From: an uncultured virus (IMG/VR IMGVR_UViG_3300046740_000859)
Taxonomy: Duplodnaviria > Heunggongvirae > Uroviricota > Caudoviricetes
IMG/VR virus record: IMGVR_UViG_3300046740_000859
Direction: 5' to 3' (one strand)
Length of the DNA stretch: 24,761 bases
Of this stretch, positions 1-8,700 are shown one piece after another (the stretch's first letter is position 1; each line of letters starts with the position of its first letter). Under the pieces are notes generated by a model that did not search any database, was not told the origin of the DNA, and was given only the letters and a program-made list of their open reading frames with translations. A program made the translations under genes and the position numbers.

Positions 1-448
1 CGAACTCCGGCTCTCGTTCCCACACGCCGCGGACGTGAGCTTCGCACACGATGATCGTCTTCCGGCGAAGTGCTCGGACCGCCTTGACGGTCTGGAAGCT
101 CTTGCCGACGCCCATGTCGTCCGCCAAGAGTGCGCCCGAGCCTGCCTGGTTGATGAGAAAGTCGATGCCTTCCTTCTGGTAGTCGCGCGCGCCGTCGTAG
201 GAAACCAGCAAGTTGTGCGGCCACTTCCGAGCATTAGTCGGGGGCTCGGGTGCCTTGAGCCCTAGCTCTTTCAAGCGCGCGACGATCTGCTCGACCGCAT
301 CGACGTAGCCCACATGTGCCTTGAGCTCCGAGTCCCAGCGCATGCCGGGGGTGTTACGCGCGGCCTGGTTCAGCTTCGGCGAGTAGTAACCGACGCTGAT
401 CGCCCAGAGTGGCGAGTCTTTGAGCCGGCGAAGATGAAAGCCGCTCAC
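1..448 (-). CDS. SNF2-family (SF2) helicase/translocase, N-terminal part; truncated by window edge
   Basis: Not in ORF track. Hand translation from GTG at 448 (overlaps TGA of upstream gene): MSGFHLRRLK...PGMRWDSELKAH...ARDYQKEGIDFL...GALLADDMGVGKSFQ...TIIVCEAHVRGVW. Shows the Q motif, motif I (LADDMGxGKS.Q) and motif Ia of SNF2 ATPases. Confidence 0.88.
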   Translation of the reverse strand, partial: MSGFHLRRLKDSPLWAISVGYYSPKLNQAARNTPGMRWDSELKAHVGYVDAVEQIVARLKELGLKAPEPPTNARKWPHNLLVSYDGARDYQKEGIDFLINQAGSGALLADDMGVGKSFQTVKAVRALRRKTIIVCEAHVRGVWEREPEF

Positions 449-756
449 GAGCCGTTCTCCTCTTCAATGTCGAGCCGTCGGCGGTACGCCTCGTCGAGAA
501 GGTCTGGGTACAACGGGAACGCCACTTCGGGCCCGCTTTCTAAAAAAGAATCGTATTCACGTTCGGCGTAGAACTGTGCCATCTCGCCGCAAAAAGTTGG
601 GTACGGGATCTCTTCCTTCGCTCTCTCATGGGCTCGCCGGCACAACTTGATCGTGTTGACTAGATGCTCGTTGGTCATGTCGCAGATCCGAACCCTCGTC
701 CCATCTCTGGTCGTCCACTTTTTCGTAACCTTGGGGGCCACGACGCGCGTAGTCAC
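445..756 (-). CDS. Phage hypothetical protein (WTTRDG...DM...HL.N motif)
   Basis: GTG at 756 overlaps the helicase stop (GTGA); 4-nt overlap with the downstream gene; N-terminal motif recalled from phage hypotheticals. Confidence 0.75.
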   Translation of the reverse strand: MTTRVVAPKVTKKWTTRDGTRVRICDMTNEHLVNTIKLCRRAHERAKEEIPYPTFCGEMAQFYAEREYDSFLESGPEVAFPLYPDLLDEAYRRRLDIEEENGS

Positions 757-2267
757 CGGAGCACCATGAGCTTCGAGGACGCCCGCGTGACGGCCGTGTA
801 GAGCCACCTACGCCAGTCCTCTTCACCGACCGGTCCGGGCTTCTCAGCGCAGACGACCAGATCGTCGAACTGCGAACCCTGCATCTTGTGCACGGTCATC
901 GCGTAGCCAAAGTCGAAGAGGCTTCCGGCAGTCGAGAACGAGTGGATCCCTGTCTCACGCGCGAGCTCCTCAGGCGAGGAGTACGTCTTCTCGCGCCCGA
1001 ACTGCGGCCCGAACATCTCGTACTCCACCACGCTGATCTCGTCCTCAGGGAACTCGATCGTACCGAGAAGCTGCGTTTCGCTTTCTCGCGCCGACTTTCC
1101 GTAGGCGTCCGTCAGCTCGCCGTGCGTGTCCCTGACCAACTTCCACGTCACATCGCCCTGAAGCACGCCGCGCATCCCGTTGGCCACTGGCGGGCGGCCG
1201 CCTTGCTCCTTGATGTTGCGAAGGCAGATGACATGCTCGCCCTTACGCGGAAGATCCCGGCCATCTCGTGAGATACCTCGCACGCGACGAACGGTAGCGT
1301 TGAGCCCGACGCGCCGACGGTTGGTGTAGCAAGCAAGCCCCATTTCGAGCAGGCGCACCGCCGAGGCGTTCTCGTAACGCTCCTCGACGATCCGATCGAT
1401 GAAGCGTAGCCGCTCGAACCGCACCGAGTCGCCGGGCATGCTCTCGGGAAGGCGCCCTTCCTCACGGATCAACTTCGAGAGCGCGATGATGGGATTACCC
1501 TCCGCTTGCCGGTGGATCTTCTCGAGGCGTAGGTTGGGGCTCTTCATGAGGCTACCAACGCCGCCGACGGGCGGGAGCTGGCCGTGGTCGCCAACCGCAA
1601 GGATCGGCACGCCGTAGCTCTGGAGGTCGCGGAGCATCATGTCGTCGACCATCGACGCCTCGTCTACGATGATGAGCCCGTAGCGTCGATCGAGCGCTTC
1701 TCGGCGAAGCCACTCCTTGCCACCACAGAGCTTGCACCTGCCGTCGACTTTCTCGACGTAGACGAACTTCTGCGCCGGCTTGAGCGCGTCGAAGGCTGCC
1801 TTCGACTTGATCAACCCGACGTGCCCTTTCGCGCAAACGCTCCGGACCGGAAGGTCGTACTCCCAAGTCGTCTCGCCGACGCAGCCCTTCTCAGGGCACG
1901 GCTTCTGGATCTCGACGGTCTTCGGTTCGAGGCAATCGCACGGCCGGTAGATGAGCGAGTGGATCGTCCCGCAGTAGGGGCGCGGGTCGGACGACGTTAT
2001 GCCATCGCGACTCCTCTTCTGCGCGCCGACGGTCTCGGTGCCGGCAGTCTTGAGCTTCCTGCGCAGCACGGAGGTTGCCTTGCCGGTGTACGCAGTGAAC
2101 GCCGGCAAGTCGACCTGCGCAGCGACGAGCGACACGAGCGTGCTCTTCCCAGAGCCTGCGTAGCCTCCAAGCGAGAGGAGGCCCCCGTCGGCGTCGCGCA
2201 CCCAACCGACGATAGCGTTGTAGGCCGAGAGTTGATCAGACGAGAGATCCTTGACGGTGATGTTCAC
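753..2267 (-). CDS. SF1B Dda/RecD2-like DNA helicase with Cys-rich insertion
   Basis: Walker A GYAGSGKST, TIHSLIY, IIVDEASMV, GDHGQLPPV, IHRQ, YAMTVHKMQGSQF, LYTAVTRA. Start reassigned to GTG 2267, overlapping the upstream TGA. Confidence 0.93.
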   Translation of the reverse strand: MNITVKDLSSDQLSAYNAIVGWVRDADGGLLSLGGYAGSGKSTLVSLVAAQVDLPAFTAYTGKATSVLRRKLKTAGTETVGAQKRSRDGITSSDPRPYCGTIHSLIYRPCDCLEPKTVEIQKPCPEKGCVGETTWEYDLPVRSVCAKGHVGLIKSKAAFDALKPAQKFVYVEKVDGRCKLCGGKEWLRREALDRRYGLIIVDEASMVDDMMLRDLQSYGVPILAVGDHGQLPPVGGVGSLMKSPNLRLEKIHRQAEGNPIIALSKLIREEGRLPESMPGDSVRFERLRFIDRIVEERYENASAVRLLEMGLACYTNRRRVGLNATVRRVRGISRDGRDLPRKGEHVICLRNIKEQGGRPPVANGMRGVLQGDVTWKLVRDTHGELTDAYGKSARESETQLLGTIEFPEDEISVVEYEMFGPQFGREKTYSSPEELARETGIHSFSTAGSLFDFGYAMTVHKMQGSQFDDLVVCAEKPGPVGEEDWRRWLYTAVTRASSKLMVLR

Positions 2268-2725
2268 GGCTGCCTCCTGGCACACACGGGTCCGAGCCCA
2301 GTCGAGACGCTTTCGGGTGTTGTAAGCCGACGCCCGCAGCGCCCACAGCGCCCTTCGTGGTAGACAGCGAGCTCCGGGTGCGCCTGCCCCGCCGAGAGGC
2401 GCCGCCACACCCACGAGAACGCGACAGCGTTCGGCGCGCTCGAATCGATGCGGCTCTTTTTGCCATGCGCGTACACGAGCCCACGGTAGATGCACCCGAG
2501 GTACTGATAGCTGCGGTCGTTGTCGGGGCCCACCAATACGGACACGAAGTGCGGGAGCTCGCCGGTGTCGCCTGCACGGCGCTCGGCTTGGACTACGCGA
2601 TAGGTGAACCGAGTGTCCGTCCGCCGGCTCTGGAACGTCACGTGGGCGTTCCCAGCCAGCATGAAGGCCACGGTAGCGGCGGGGTCGATGAGTTCGGCGC
2701 GAGGGCCGGGAGAGTCGTCCGTCAT
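2264..2725 (-). CDS. DUF6011-containing protein (C-terminal Zn finger)
   Basis: C-terminal HEGRCGRCGRRLTTPESVSTGLGPVC is the DUF6011 pattern; N-terminal AGNAHVTFQS..RFTYRV..GPDN is recalled from phage members. ATG 2725 chosen because it lies outside the polymerase gene. Confidence 0.85.
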   Translation of the reverse strand: MTDDSPGPRAELIDPAATVAFMLAGNAHVTFQSRRTDTRFTYRVVQAERRAGDTGELPHFVSVLVGPDNDRSYQYLGCIYRGLVYAHGKKSRIDSSAPNAVAFSWVWRRLSAGQAHPELAVYHEGRCGRCGRRLTTPESVSTGLGPVCARRQP

Positions 2726-2808
2726 GGCTGTAAAAGAGAGGTGATCCTGCATGTAAACACTGACGAGAGGGTTCAACGATCTATTCACTATCTGTACACC
2801 TTCCGACG

Positions 2809-5403
2809 TCATCCGAAAGCGCTCCACCGTTCGCCGACTTTCAGCTCGATCGGCATCACGAATTGGCGCGCCCCGTCCTCGACGCGTACGCTCGTACCCC
2901 ACCCGTTCGCTGGGATGACAACCGGTTCCTCCCACGTCGTTTTGACGAGCGCTTTCACACTATCGACGTGACGGTCAGGCACCTCCATGATCGCCGCGTC
3001 ATGGATCTGTGCGACGACGGACGAGCCGCTGGGCAATCGACTGGAAATGGACGGGAGGCGTACGTTCATCAACGATGCGATGCCTCCTTGGATCGGGCGG
3101 TTCGCGACGTCCGGGTACCCAGCGTGCCATCCGAGCCATGAGATCCGCCCGGAGAGCGCGTCGCGGAGATGGCCGTGCTTGTCGACCCACTGCTTGTTCC
3201 GATCGACGTACCGGAAGTAGTGCGCGAACACGTCTCGCACCATGTCGTGCATCGAGACCACGTCTCGCATTTGGACGGGGAGCCCCTTGCTGCGCACGAA
3301 GCCGAAGATCGTGTCCGGCTGCGCGTAGTAGATGAACCCGAAGATGCAGTTCTTCTCGACGTCGCGGAAGGGCTTCCCCACGCCCTTCGGATCTCGCCCG
3401 ATGAGCTCAGCCTCGGCGGGGAAGAGAAGCTTCGCCGTCGCGGTGTGCACGTCGCCGGACTCGCACGCGGCGATGAAGCTTTGATCTCCAGAGAGGTAGG
3501 CTGCGAATCGAAGCTCTGCTTGGCTGAGATCGAAGTAGATGAGCTTGTGCTCCGGACGCGCGACGTAGACTTCGCGCACGCGCGTCTCGAGCACGATGCT
3601 CTTGTCCTTGAGTTGCTCGGCTCTGGGGCACGACTGCAAACGGCACGAGTACCTACCGCTTGCGGCTCCGTAGCTTCTCCAGTTGAAATGCGTGCGCGAA
3701 ACGAGGGGCGTCTTCTTTGACGGCTTGTCGAGGATCTGGCTGACCAAGTAGGTGCTCTTGATCTTGACGACGCCGCGCCACTGCAAGAGCAGATCGGCGA
3801 ACCTGCCCGCGCGCGTGGAGTTGTTCTTGAGCCGTTCGAGCGTCGTCTGGGATGTACTCGGGAGCCCTGATTCGGTCGGGTCAGCCGACGCGAGCGGCGC
3901 TTTCAGGATCGTGAAGAGCGCCTTCCGAACCTCGGCGAGCTGCATCGGATGGAACTTCGCTCGGCGGAGCAGCTTCCGCATCTTCCAGAGAAGATCAGTC
4001 TCCTTTCGATCCATCTCTTCCAAGAGCTGCGTTCGGCGTTCCACGTCGACGCCGATGCCGTTGATGATCATGCCCCGGCACAATCTCGCGTTGTTCTTGT
4101 CGACCTCGTAGACGGCCCGCTCGTCTTCGAGGTCGGCTTGCATCTTGAGCCAAACTTGCGCTTGGATGCGCGCGTCCGCAGCGTTGTAGAGCGTCAACTC
4201 CTCACCGCTGAGCTTCTCGGGCGGGAGACCCTTCTCGGTCGTGCCGCCGGTGCCCTGCTTGAACGTCACCTTCCACGGCCCGGCATCGATGAACACGCTC
4301 GCGACGTGAGAGAGCCGTTGCGGCATGTGGCTCGCGAACGTGTGGTGCGCGATGAGCGTATCCTCGAGCTTGTCGTCGATGGGCTCGAACGGGACGTCGA
4401 AGCGATCGAGCGCGATCTGATCGAAGTTGTAGCCGTTGTGCATCCCGATCTTCTTCGACCGCTTGAAGAGCCCGTTCACGATTGGAGCGTGCGTCTTCGT
4501 CTTCCACGGCCAAATGACGACCGTGTGATCACCGTCCGAGATCCCAACGCAGAGGAGGCGGTTGCGAATAGGATCGGCGCCGTCTTTGCCGCCCTCCGTG
4601 CTCGCTCCAGTTTCGACGTCGACACTGATGATGGGCGCCAGCTTTTGGAGCTCTCGACGGACGTCGGCTTGCTTCGTGACGACGACGTACGGACCGTTCT
4701 CGAGGAGCATCTCGTGCGTCAGTTCCCCGCGCATCCATCGAGCGATCCGGTCGAGATCGATCTTCAAGATCGGAAGCCAAGTGTCGGAGCGAAGCACGAA
4801 CGCGGGGTGAACAGTCGGCAACACCGTCCTGCCGGCGAGCTTGCTTCGCCCGTCGACGATCTGCGCCTTGAGCCAGATCTCTTTCCACTTCGGGGCGCCG
4901 CGGAGCTTCGCCTTCTTCGCTTTGCTCCAGGCGGGGCCGGGGTCGAGCTCGCGTGCCGTCCAGACGAACCCGCGCGAGTTCATGATACTCCGAACGCCGA
5001 GCACAGAGAGCGTGCTCGTCTTGCCGAACGTCACGATGGGGATCTTCGGATCAAACTCGGCGAGCTCTTTCAAGAGTCGAGGGGCGCAGAAGGTGGCGGC
5101 GAGCTCGTTCTCCTTGTCGATGTTCGAGCGGCACAGCGCCGCGTTCGTGAGGTGTGCTTCGAGAATGTCGATGTCGACCTCACGGCAGAGCCCTTTGAGA
5201 AAAACGCCAGTCTGTCCAATGAATGGTGTTCCGAAAACTTCTTCTTTCCGCCCCGGCGCCTCGCCGACGAAGACGACCTTCGTGGGAAGCGGCGACGCCT
5301 TAGGCGGGACGACGGTGTTCCCTTTCAGCGGACAGAGATCACAGCGAGCACCGTGCTCTCGCGGACGGTACTCTTGAACGACAGAGAGCGCCTTCGCGGA
5401 CAT
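2809..5403 (-). CDS. polA: Family-4 uracil-DNA glycosylase / 3'-5' exonuclease / family A DNA polymerase fusion (SPO1-type)
   Basis: UDG: CDLCPL, VFVGEAPG, PFIG, TNAALC, TVHPA. Exonuclease: DVET, HNGYNFD, YNAAD. Polymerase: motif A DLSQAELR, motif B RDVEKNCIFGFIY, NRPIQG, motif C QIHDA. Confidence 0.93.
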   Translation of the reverse strand: MSAKALSVVQEYRPREHGARCDLCPLKGNTVVPPKASPLPTKVVFVGEAPGRKEEVFGTPFIGQTGVFLKGLCREVDIDILEAHLTNAALCRSNIDKENELAATFCAPRLLKELAEFDPKIPIVTFGKTSTLSVLGVRSIMNSRGFVWTARELDPGPAWSKAKKAKLRGAPKWKEIWLKAQIVDGRSKLAGRTVLPTVHPAFVLRSDTWLPILKIDLDRIARWMRGELTHEMLLENGPYVVVTKQADVRRELQKLAPIISVDVETGASTEGGKDGADPIRNRLLCVGISDGDHTVVIWPWKTKTHAPIVNGLFKRSKKIGMHNGYNFDQIALDRFDVPFEPIDDKLEDTLIAHHTFASHMPQRLSHVASVFIDAGPWKVTFKQGTGGTTEKGLPPEKLSGEELTLYNAADARIQAQVWLKMQADLEDERAVYEVDKNNARLCRGMIINGIGVDVERRTQLLEEMDRKETDLLWKMRKLLRRAKFHPMQLAEVRKALFTILKAPLASADPTESGLPSTSQTTLERLKNNSTRAGRFADLLLQWRGVVKIKSTYLVSQILDKPSKKTPLVSRTHFNWRSYGAASGRYSCRLQSCPRAEQLKDKSIVLETRVREVYVARPEHKLIYFDLSQAELRFAAYLSGDQSFIAACESGDVHTATAKLLFPAEAELIGRDPKGVGKPFRDVEKNCIFGFIYYAQPDTIFGFVRSKGLPVQMRDVVSMHDMVRDVFAHYFRYVDRNKQWVDKHGHLRDALSGRISWLGWHAGYPDVANRPIQGGIASLMNVRLPSISSRLPSGSSVVAQIHDAAIMEVPDRHVDSVKALVKTTWEEPVVIPANGWGTSVRVEDGARQFVMPIELKVGERWSAFG

Positions 5404-5414
5404 CGATCACACCG

Positions 5415-5717
5415 TCACATCTCGCTCGGAGGCGGATCGCGCCACGCCTCGACCTTGTCGAGCTCCTCCGGAGTGAGCATCGGGTCGTAGTCGCCGCAGA
5501 AGAGCGCTTCGCAGAGCTCGTTGCGACCTTCTAGTTCGAGCGGCACGCCGTCGCCGTTGTGCGCCGCAACGAGCGACCAGACCGCCAGGTAGTGCTCGCA
5601 TTCACCCCTGCGCACGTTGCGTGATTCGCTGGCGAGCAAGTTCTCAAACCGCCGCTTGTGCGACTCGGCGATCTTCGCGATCGTCTCTTTCGACAAGTCG
5701 TTGATGATCGTTTTCAT
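5415..5717 (-). CDS. Hypothetical protein
   Basis: ATG 5717 overlaps the upstream TGA (ATGA); fills the operon gap before the polymerase. Confidence 0.7.
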   Translation of the reverse strand: MKTIINDLSKETIAKIAESHKRRFENLLASESRNVRRGECEHYLAVWSLVAAHNGDGVPLELEGRNELCEALFCGDYDPMLTPEELDKVEAWRDPPPSEM

Positions 5718-5899
5718 CCGCCGTCTCCGCTTCCGTCGTCGAATCCTTCGCACCTACCGCAAGCACACCCATCCTCGGTGTGCTTGCTTCGCGCGCAACC
5801 GCACGCCTCGCAGACGTCGCCGCTCGAAGATTCATCGCGCCCCCCAATCTCGGAGAGCTCGTCGTCTTCGAGCAGCGACCGTCTACGACGTGGCGTCAT
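5714..5899 (-). CDS. Small Cys-rich (putative Zn-binding) protein
   Basis: CEACGC.x4.H.x4.CACGRC; ATGA coupling at both ends. Confidence 0.65.
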   Translation of the reverse strand: MTPRRRRSLLEDDELSEIGGRDESSSGDVCEACGCARSKHTEDGCACGRCEGFDDGSGDGG

Positions 5900-6516
5900 T
5901 TCTTCTTGCCGTTGCTGTTCTTCGACGCTGCCGGCTTCTTCTTCGGCGCGGGCTCGGACTGCGGCTCATCGTCGTCGTCCTCGTCGTCGCCGTCGTCGCT
6001 CGCTGCGCTGAGCGTCCTGTTCGGATCTTGGAACAGCACCTCGGAGGTCACCTCGCCGGTGTCCTTCCGCGTTTGGAGCCGAGTCCACACCGTGAACTTT
6101 TTGCCCTCGAGCGCTCGGACGAGCGGTTGCAGATCGTCGCCGTCGTTGATGACCTTGGGGATGAGGTCCAAGTCGATGTCCAAGGCTTCGCAGACTTGAC
6201 GAATGCGAAGCTTGCTCAAGCGCTCGCCGCGTGAAGTCTTGGCGCCGAAGACCAGAAACACGGAGAGTTCGGTGCCGAGCGCTCTCTCGAACGTTTCGCC
6301 TTCCTCCTCCGTACTGTCGAGACGGATCGGGGCGATGATCATCGGGAAATGATCGTCCTTGGTCGGCTGCGTCTTGCACTTGCCGCGCGGGATCGACGCC
6401 TTCCACTCGCCTGCGGGCGCGTCGGGCACAATCTCGTTGATGTCGAAGGAGACACGCTTGTACTCCATCTTCTTACCTTGATTGCTCTGCTGTTCGGACT
6501 TGGCCATGTGGCTCAC
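5896..6516 (-). CDS. Putative single-stranded DNA-binding protein (DUF669-like)
   Basis: Directly after the AAA ATPase; beta-rich core (APAGEWKASI) with acidic C-tail DDGDDEDDDDE. This is the usual SSB position in nuclease-ATPase-SSB modules. Confidence 0.6.
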   Translation of the reverse strand: MSHMAKSEQQSNQGKKMEYKRVSFDINEIVPDAPAGEWKASIPRGKCKTQPTKDDHFPMIIAPIRLDSTEEEGETFERALGTELSVFLVFGAKTSRGERLSKLRIRQVCEALDIDLDLIPKVINDGDDLQPLVRALEGKKFTVWTRLQTRKDTGEVTSEVLFQDPNRTLSAASDDGDDEDDDDEPQSEPAPKKKPAASKNSNGKKK

Positions 6517-7286
6517 TTTCTTTGCTGATTCGGACGTTTGGACACAACCTCGGGAGACGACTTGCTCCCCTTCTTGAATGCTTCGTGGAGGAGGCCGACG
6601 TCGGCGTCGATCTCGCGCGTGCCTGAGACAGAGAGGCAGCTCGGGCCGTAGACGCCGACGGGATTGATGAAGAAGCTCCGCTTCGCCGGATCTTTGGAGC
6701 TCGGCGCCATGTAGATGACGTCGCCGAACATGCCTGGGATCTCCTTGCGCGCAGCACCGGCGAAGAGCGGCGCGATACCGACGCCGGTCTTTTCGGTTTG
6801 GCCTTCGATGAGCCCACCGCCGGTCTCGATGTAGTGCGAGATGACGTAGACGTGCGCTTTGAAGTCGAAGCAGCGGATCAGGATGTTGATCAAGCGCTTG
6901 CGGTACTCGCGCCAGAAGCGCCGCCCGTCGGCTTCGCCTTTAGTGTTACGCGTCTGGTCTTCGAGCGCGACCTCGAGCCAAGATGCGTAGAGGTTGTAGT
7001 CGTCGATGACGATCCACTTGTAGTTGCCCTCCTTCGCACCTCGTCGCGCTTCCTTGAGCGCGTCTTCCATCTGGATCTCGTCGCGCACGAGATCCCACTT
7101 GAACTTGTCGTTGCGACGCGCAGCGTCTGTGAGTCCGGTCTTCTTGCCGCAGTTGATCACGTACCCCATGCCGAACGCGGCGGCGGCGCTGGCCACCACA
7201 CTGGTCGACTTGCCCGCATGGGGCTCGCCAAGAATCAAAACACGATCGTATGGGTCGCGCTCTAGCGCGGACGCATCTTGAGGCAT
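6513..7286 (-). CDS. AAA_24 / Sak4-like RecA-fold ATPase
   Basis: Walker A GEPHAGKST, Walker B WIVIDD, VISH; module context next to the nuclease and SSB. Confidence 0.8.
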   Translation of the reverse strand: MPQDASALERDPYDRVLILGEPHAGKSTSVVASAAAAFGMGYVINCGKKTGLTDAARRNDKFKWDLVRDEIQMEDALKEARRGAKEGNYKWIVIDDYNLYASWLEVALEDQTRNTKGEADGRRFWREYRKRLINILIRCFDFKAHVYVISHYIETGGGLIEGQTEKTGVGIAPLFAGAARKEIPGMFGDVIYMAPSSKDPAKRSFFINPVGVYGPSCLSVSGTREIDADVGLLHEAFKKGSKSSPEVVSKRPNQQRK

Positions 7287-7352
7287 CCCGGTCTCTTTCC
7301 GCCCGCTGTCACTTCCGAGGAGTGACCCTTCGACGTTGGGCTAGGAAGAAGA

Positions 7353-7381
7353 TGTCTACAAAACCGCAAACGAAAGATCAA
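7353..7381 (-). promoter_or_regulatory. Candidate promoter for the ATPase-SSB-polymerase unit
   Basis: Minus strand TTGATC-N17-TAGACA, immediately after the terminator. Confidence 0.4.
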
Positions 7382-7383
7382 CT

Positions 7384-7423
7384 AAAAAGAGAACGGCAGC
7401 CCCCGTCGAAAGAGGCTGCCGTC
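7384..7423 (-). terminator. Intrinsic (Rho-independent) terminator
   Basis: Minus strand GACGGCAGCCTCT-TTCG-ACGGGGGCTGCCGTT followed by CTCTTTTT, downstream of the nuclease gene. Confidence 0.8.
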
Positions 7424-7492
7424 GAAGAGCTGACGCAGAGGGTCTGCTCGGAACGGAAACATACCAGCGCTCGAACATCTTGTCGAGGAAGG

Positions 7493-8695
7493 TCATTTCT
7501 CGCCTATCAACATCTCGCGCGTCGCCTCTTTGATCGCGCCTTTTTCGCGGAGCCGCGCGAGCTCTTTCTCGCCTGCAACCTTGCCGAGCGCTTCGATCAC
7601 GCTCTTCTTCGAGAGCGTCTCGTAGGTCTGCGTCTGGAGCGTGAGCACCTTGCCGTCGCGCGTCTCGATGACGGCGCCGCTGCGCACGAGGCGCTTGAGC
7701 TCCGCAGAGCCGACCTTCTCGAGCTCACGAAACCGCTTGAGCATATCGTAGAGCGCTCCAGCGCGTATCTCGATCATCCCCTCCGGTGGCGGATCGGTCG
7801 GGAGCGCGCAGAGCGCGTTCGGATCGATGGGCTCGAGGATGAGCTTGTTCGCCGCTTCGGTGAGCACTGCCGCGCTCTCGACGAGGAGGTGCGCCGCGGC
7901 GGCGGGGCAACCGATACGCGCTGGGCAGCGCTTGCAGTATTTGTCGGGACGGAGAAAGCCCCCACCGATGCGGTCGAACGCGGCGTGGAGTTCCTTCGCG
8001 TGGGCGCGTTGATCTTCGATCTCGAACGGCTCCGCGTACACGATGGGCAGCCCCTTTCGATCCGCGTGGAAGATCCCGAGCTCACCGTGTAGCGACGATC
8101 CAGCCGCAAGTCCAAGCGTACGAAGCTGAGGTACCGTCGAAGGCCGCGCGAACCGAACGTCTTCGTCGTCTGCGATCCAACTCTCGAAGAGCCCCGTCTT
8201 GTGGTCGATGACGACCCGGCGTTTCCGGTTAGCGTTCTGCGCGATAAGATCGACGGTGCCCGGCAGCTCATCGTCGGCGACAGAGTACACGTGGTCTGCA
8301 TCGTGCGCCTCGACGGCACGTGCCTTCCAGGTGCCATCCGCTTGAGTGCGCACTGCGTACGCCGTCTCGATCTCGGCGATCTCGAGCTTCTCGTGGGTGA
8401 GCCAATTACGGAGCACCTTCACACCGCTCTTGACGTGCCCAGCGAGCTCCGCGCGCGCGTCCTTGACGTCGTAGTGCTCAGCGGCTCGATCGATCTCTTT
8501 CGCGTAGGCGCCAGCGCTTTTCTCGAGCAGCTTCTTCACAGGCGAGCGGAGGCACGCGGCAAGCACCTGATGGAACGCCGACCCGTACCTCGCCGGCTCG
8601 CTAGGCTCATCAGACGCGGCCTCGAGCGTAGGATCGAACGGGCGCGGGCACAGAAGAAGCAGTTCGGTTTTCGACGCGGACGGTTGAAGACCCAT
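7493..8695 (-). CDS. PD-(D/E)XK nuclease, Cas4/AddB-like with putative 4Fe-4S staple
   Basis: N-terminal SAS...CPR, GSAFH, EIETAY, GTVDLI, IDHKTG, QLRT, and C-terminal CKRCPARIGC. Confidence 0.85.
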   Translation of the reverse strand: MGLQPSASKTELLLLCPRPFDPTLEAASDEPSEPARYGSAFHQVLAACLRSPVKKLLEKSAGAYAKEIDRAAEHYDVKDARAELAGHVKSGVKVLRNWLTHEKLEIAEIETAYAVRTQADGTWKARAVEAHDADHVYSVADDELPGTVDLIAQNANRKRRVVIDHKTGLFESWIADDEDVRFARPSTVPQLRTLGLAAGSSLHGELGIFHADRKGLPIVYAEPFEIEDQRAHAKELHAAFDRIGGGFLRPDKYCKRCPARIGCPAAAAHLLVESAAVLTEAANKLILEPIDPNALCALPTDPPPEGMIEIRAGALYDMLKRFRELEKVGSAELKRLVRSGAVIETRDGKVLTLQTQTYETLSKKSVIEALGKVAGEKELARLREKGAIKEATREMLIGEK

Positions 8696-8700
8696 TTTTT

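Noticed and set aside
1700..1945. Intein in the helicase
   Set aside because: Too short and lacks the terminal HN/C-S-T splice junction; the Cys pattern fits metal binding.
4780..5403. UdgX-type covalent uracil trap
   Set aside because: Has GEAPG rather than GEQPG and lacks the KRRIH loop.
3949..5490. Long plus-strand ORF (513 aa) and many similar antisense ORFs
   Set aside because: Shadow frames of GC-rich genes on the opposite strand; no motifs, and they overlap clearly identified CDSs.
5960..6005. GTC/TCG triplet repeats (also 18217-18390)
   Set aside because: They encode Asp/Glu-rich protein segments and are not DNA-level repeats.
7493..8695. Cas4 / CRISPR-Cas locus
   Set aside because: No cas1/cas2 or repeat-spacer array seen; the context is a phage nuclease-ATPase-SSB recombination module.
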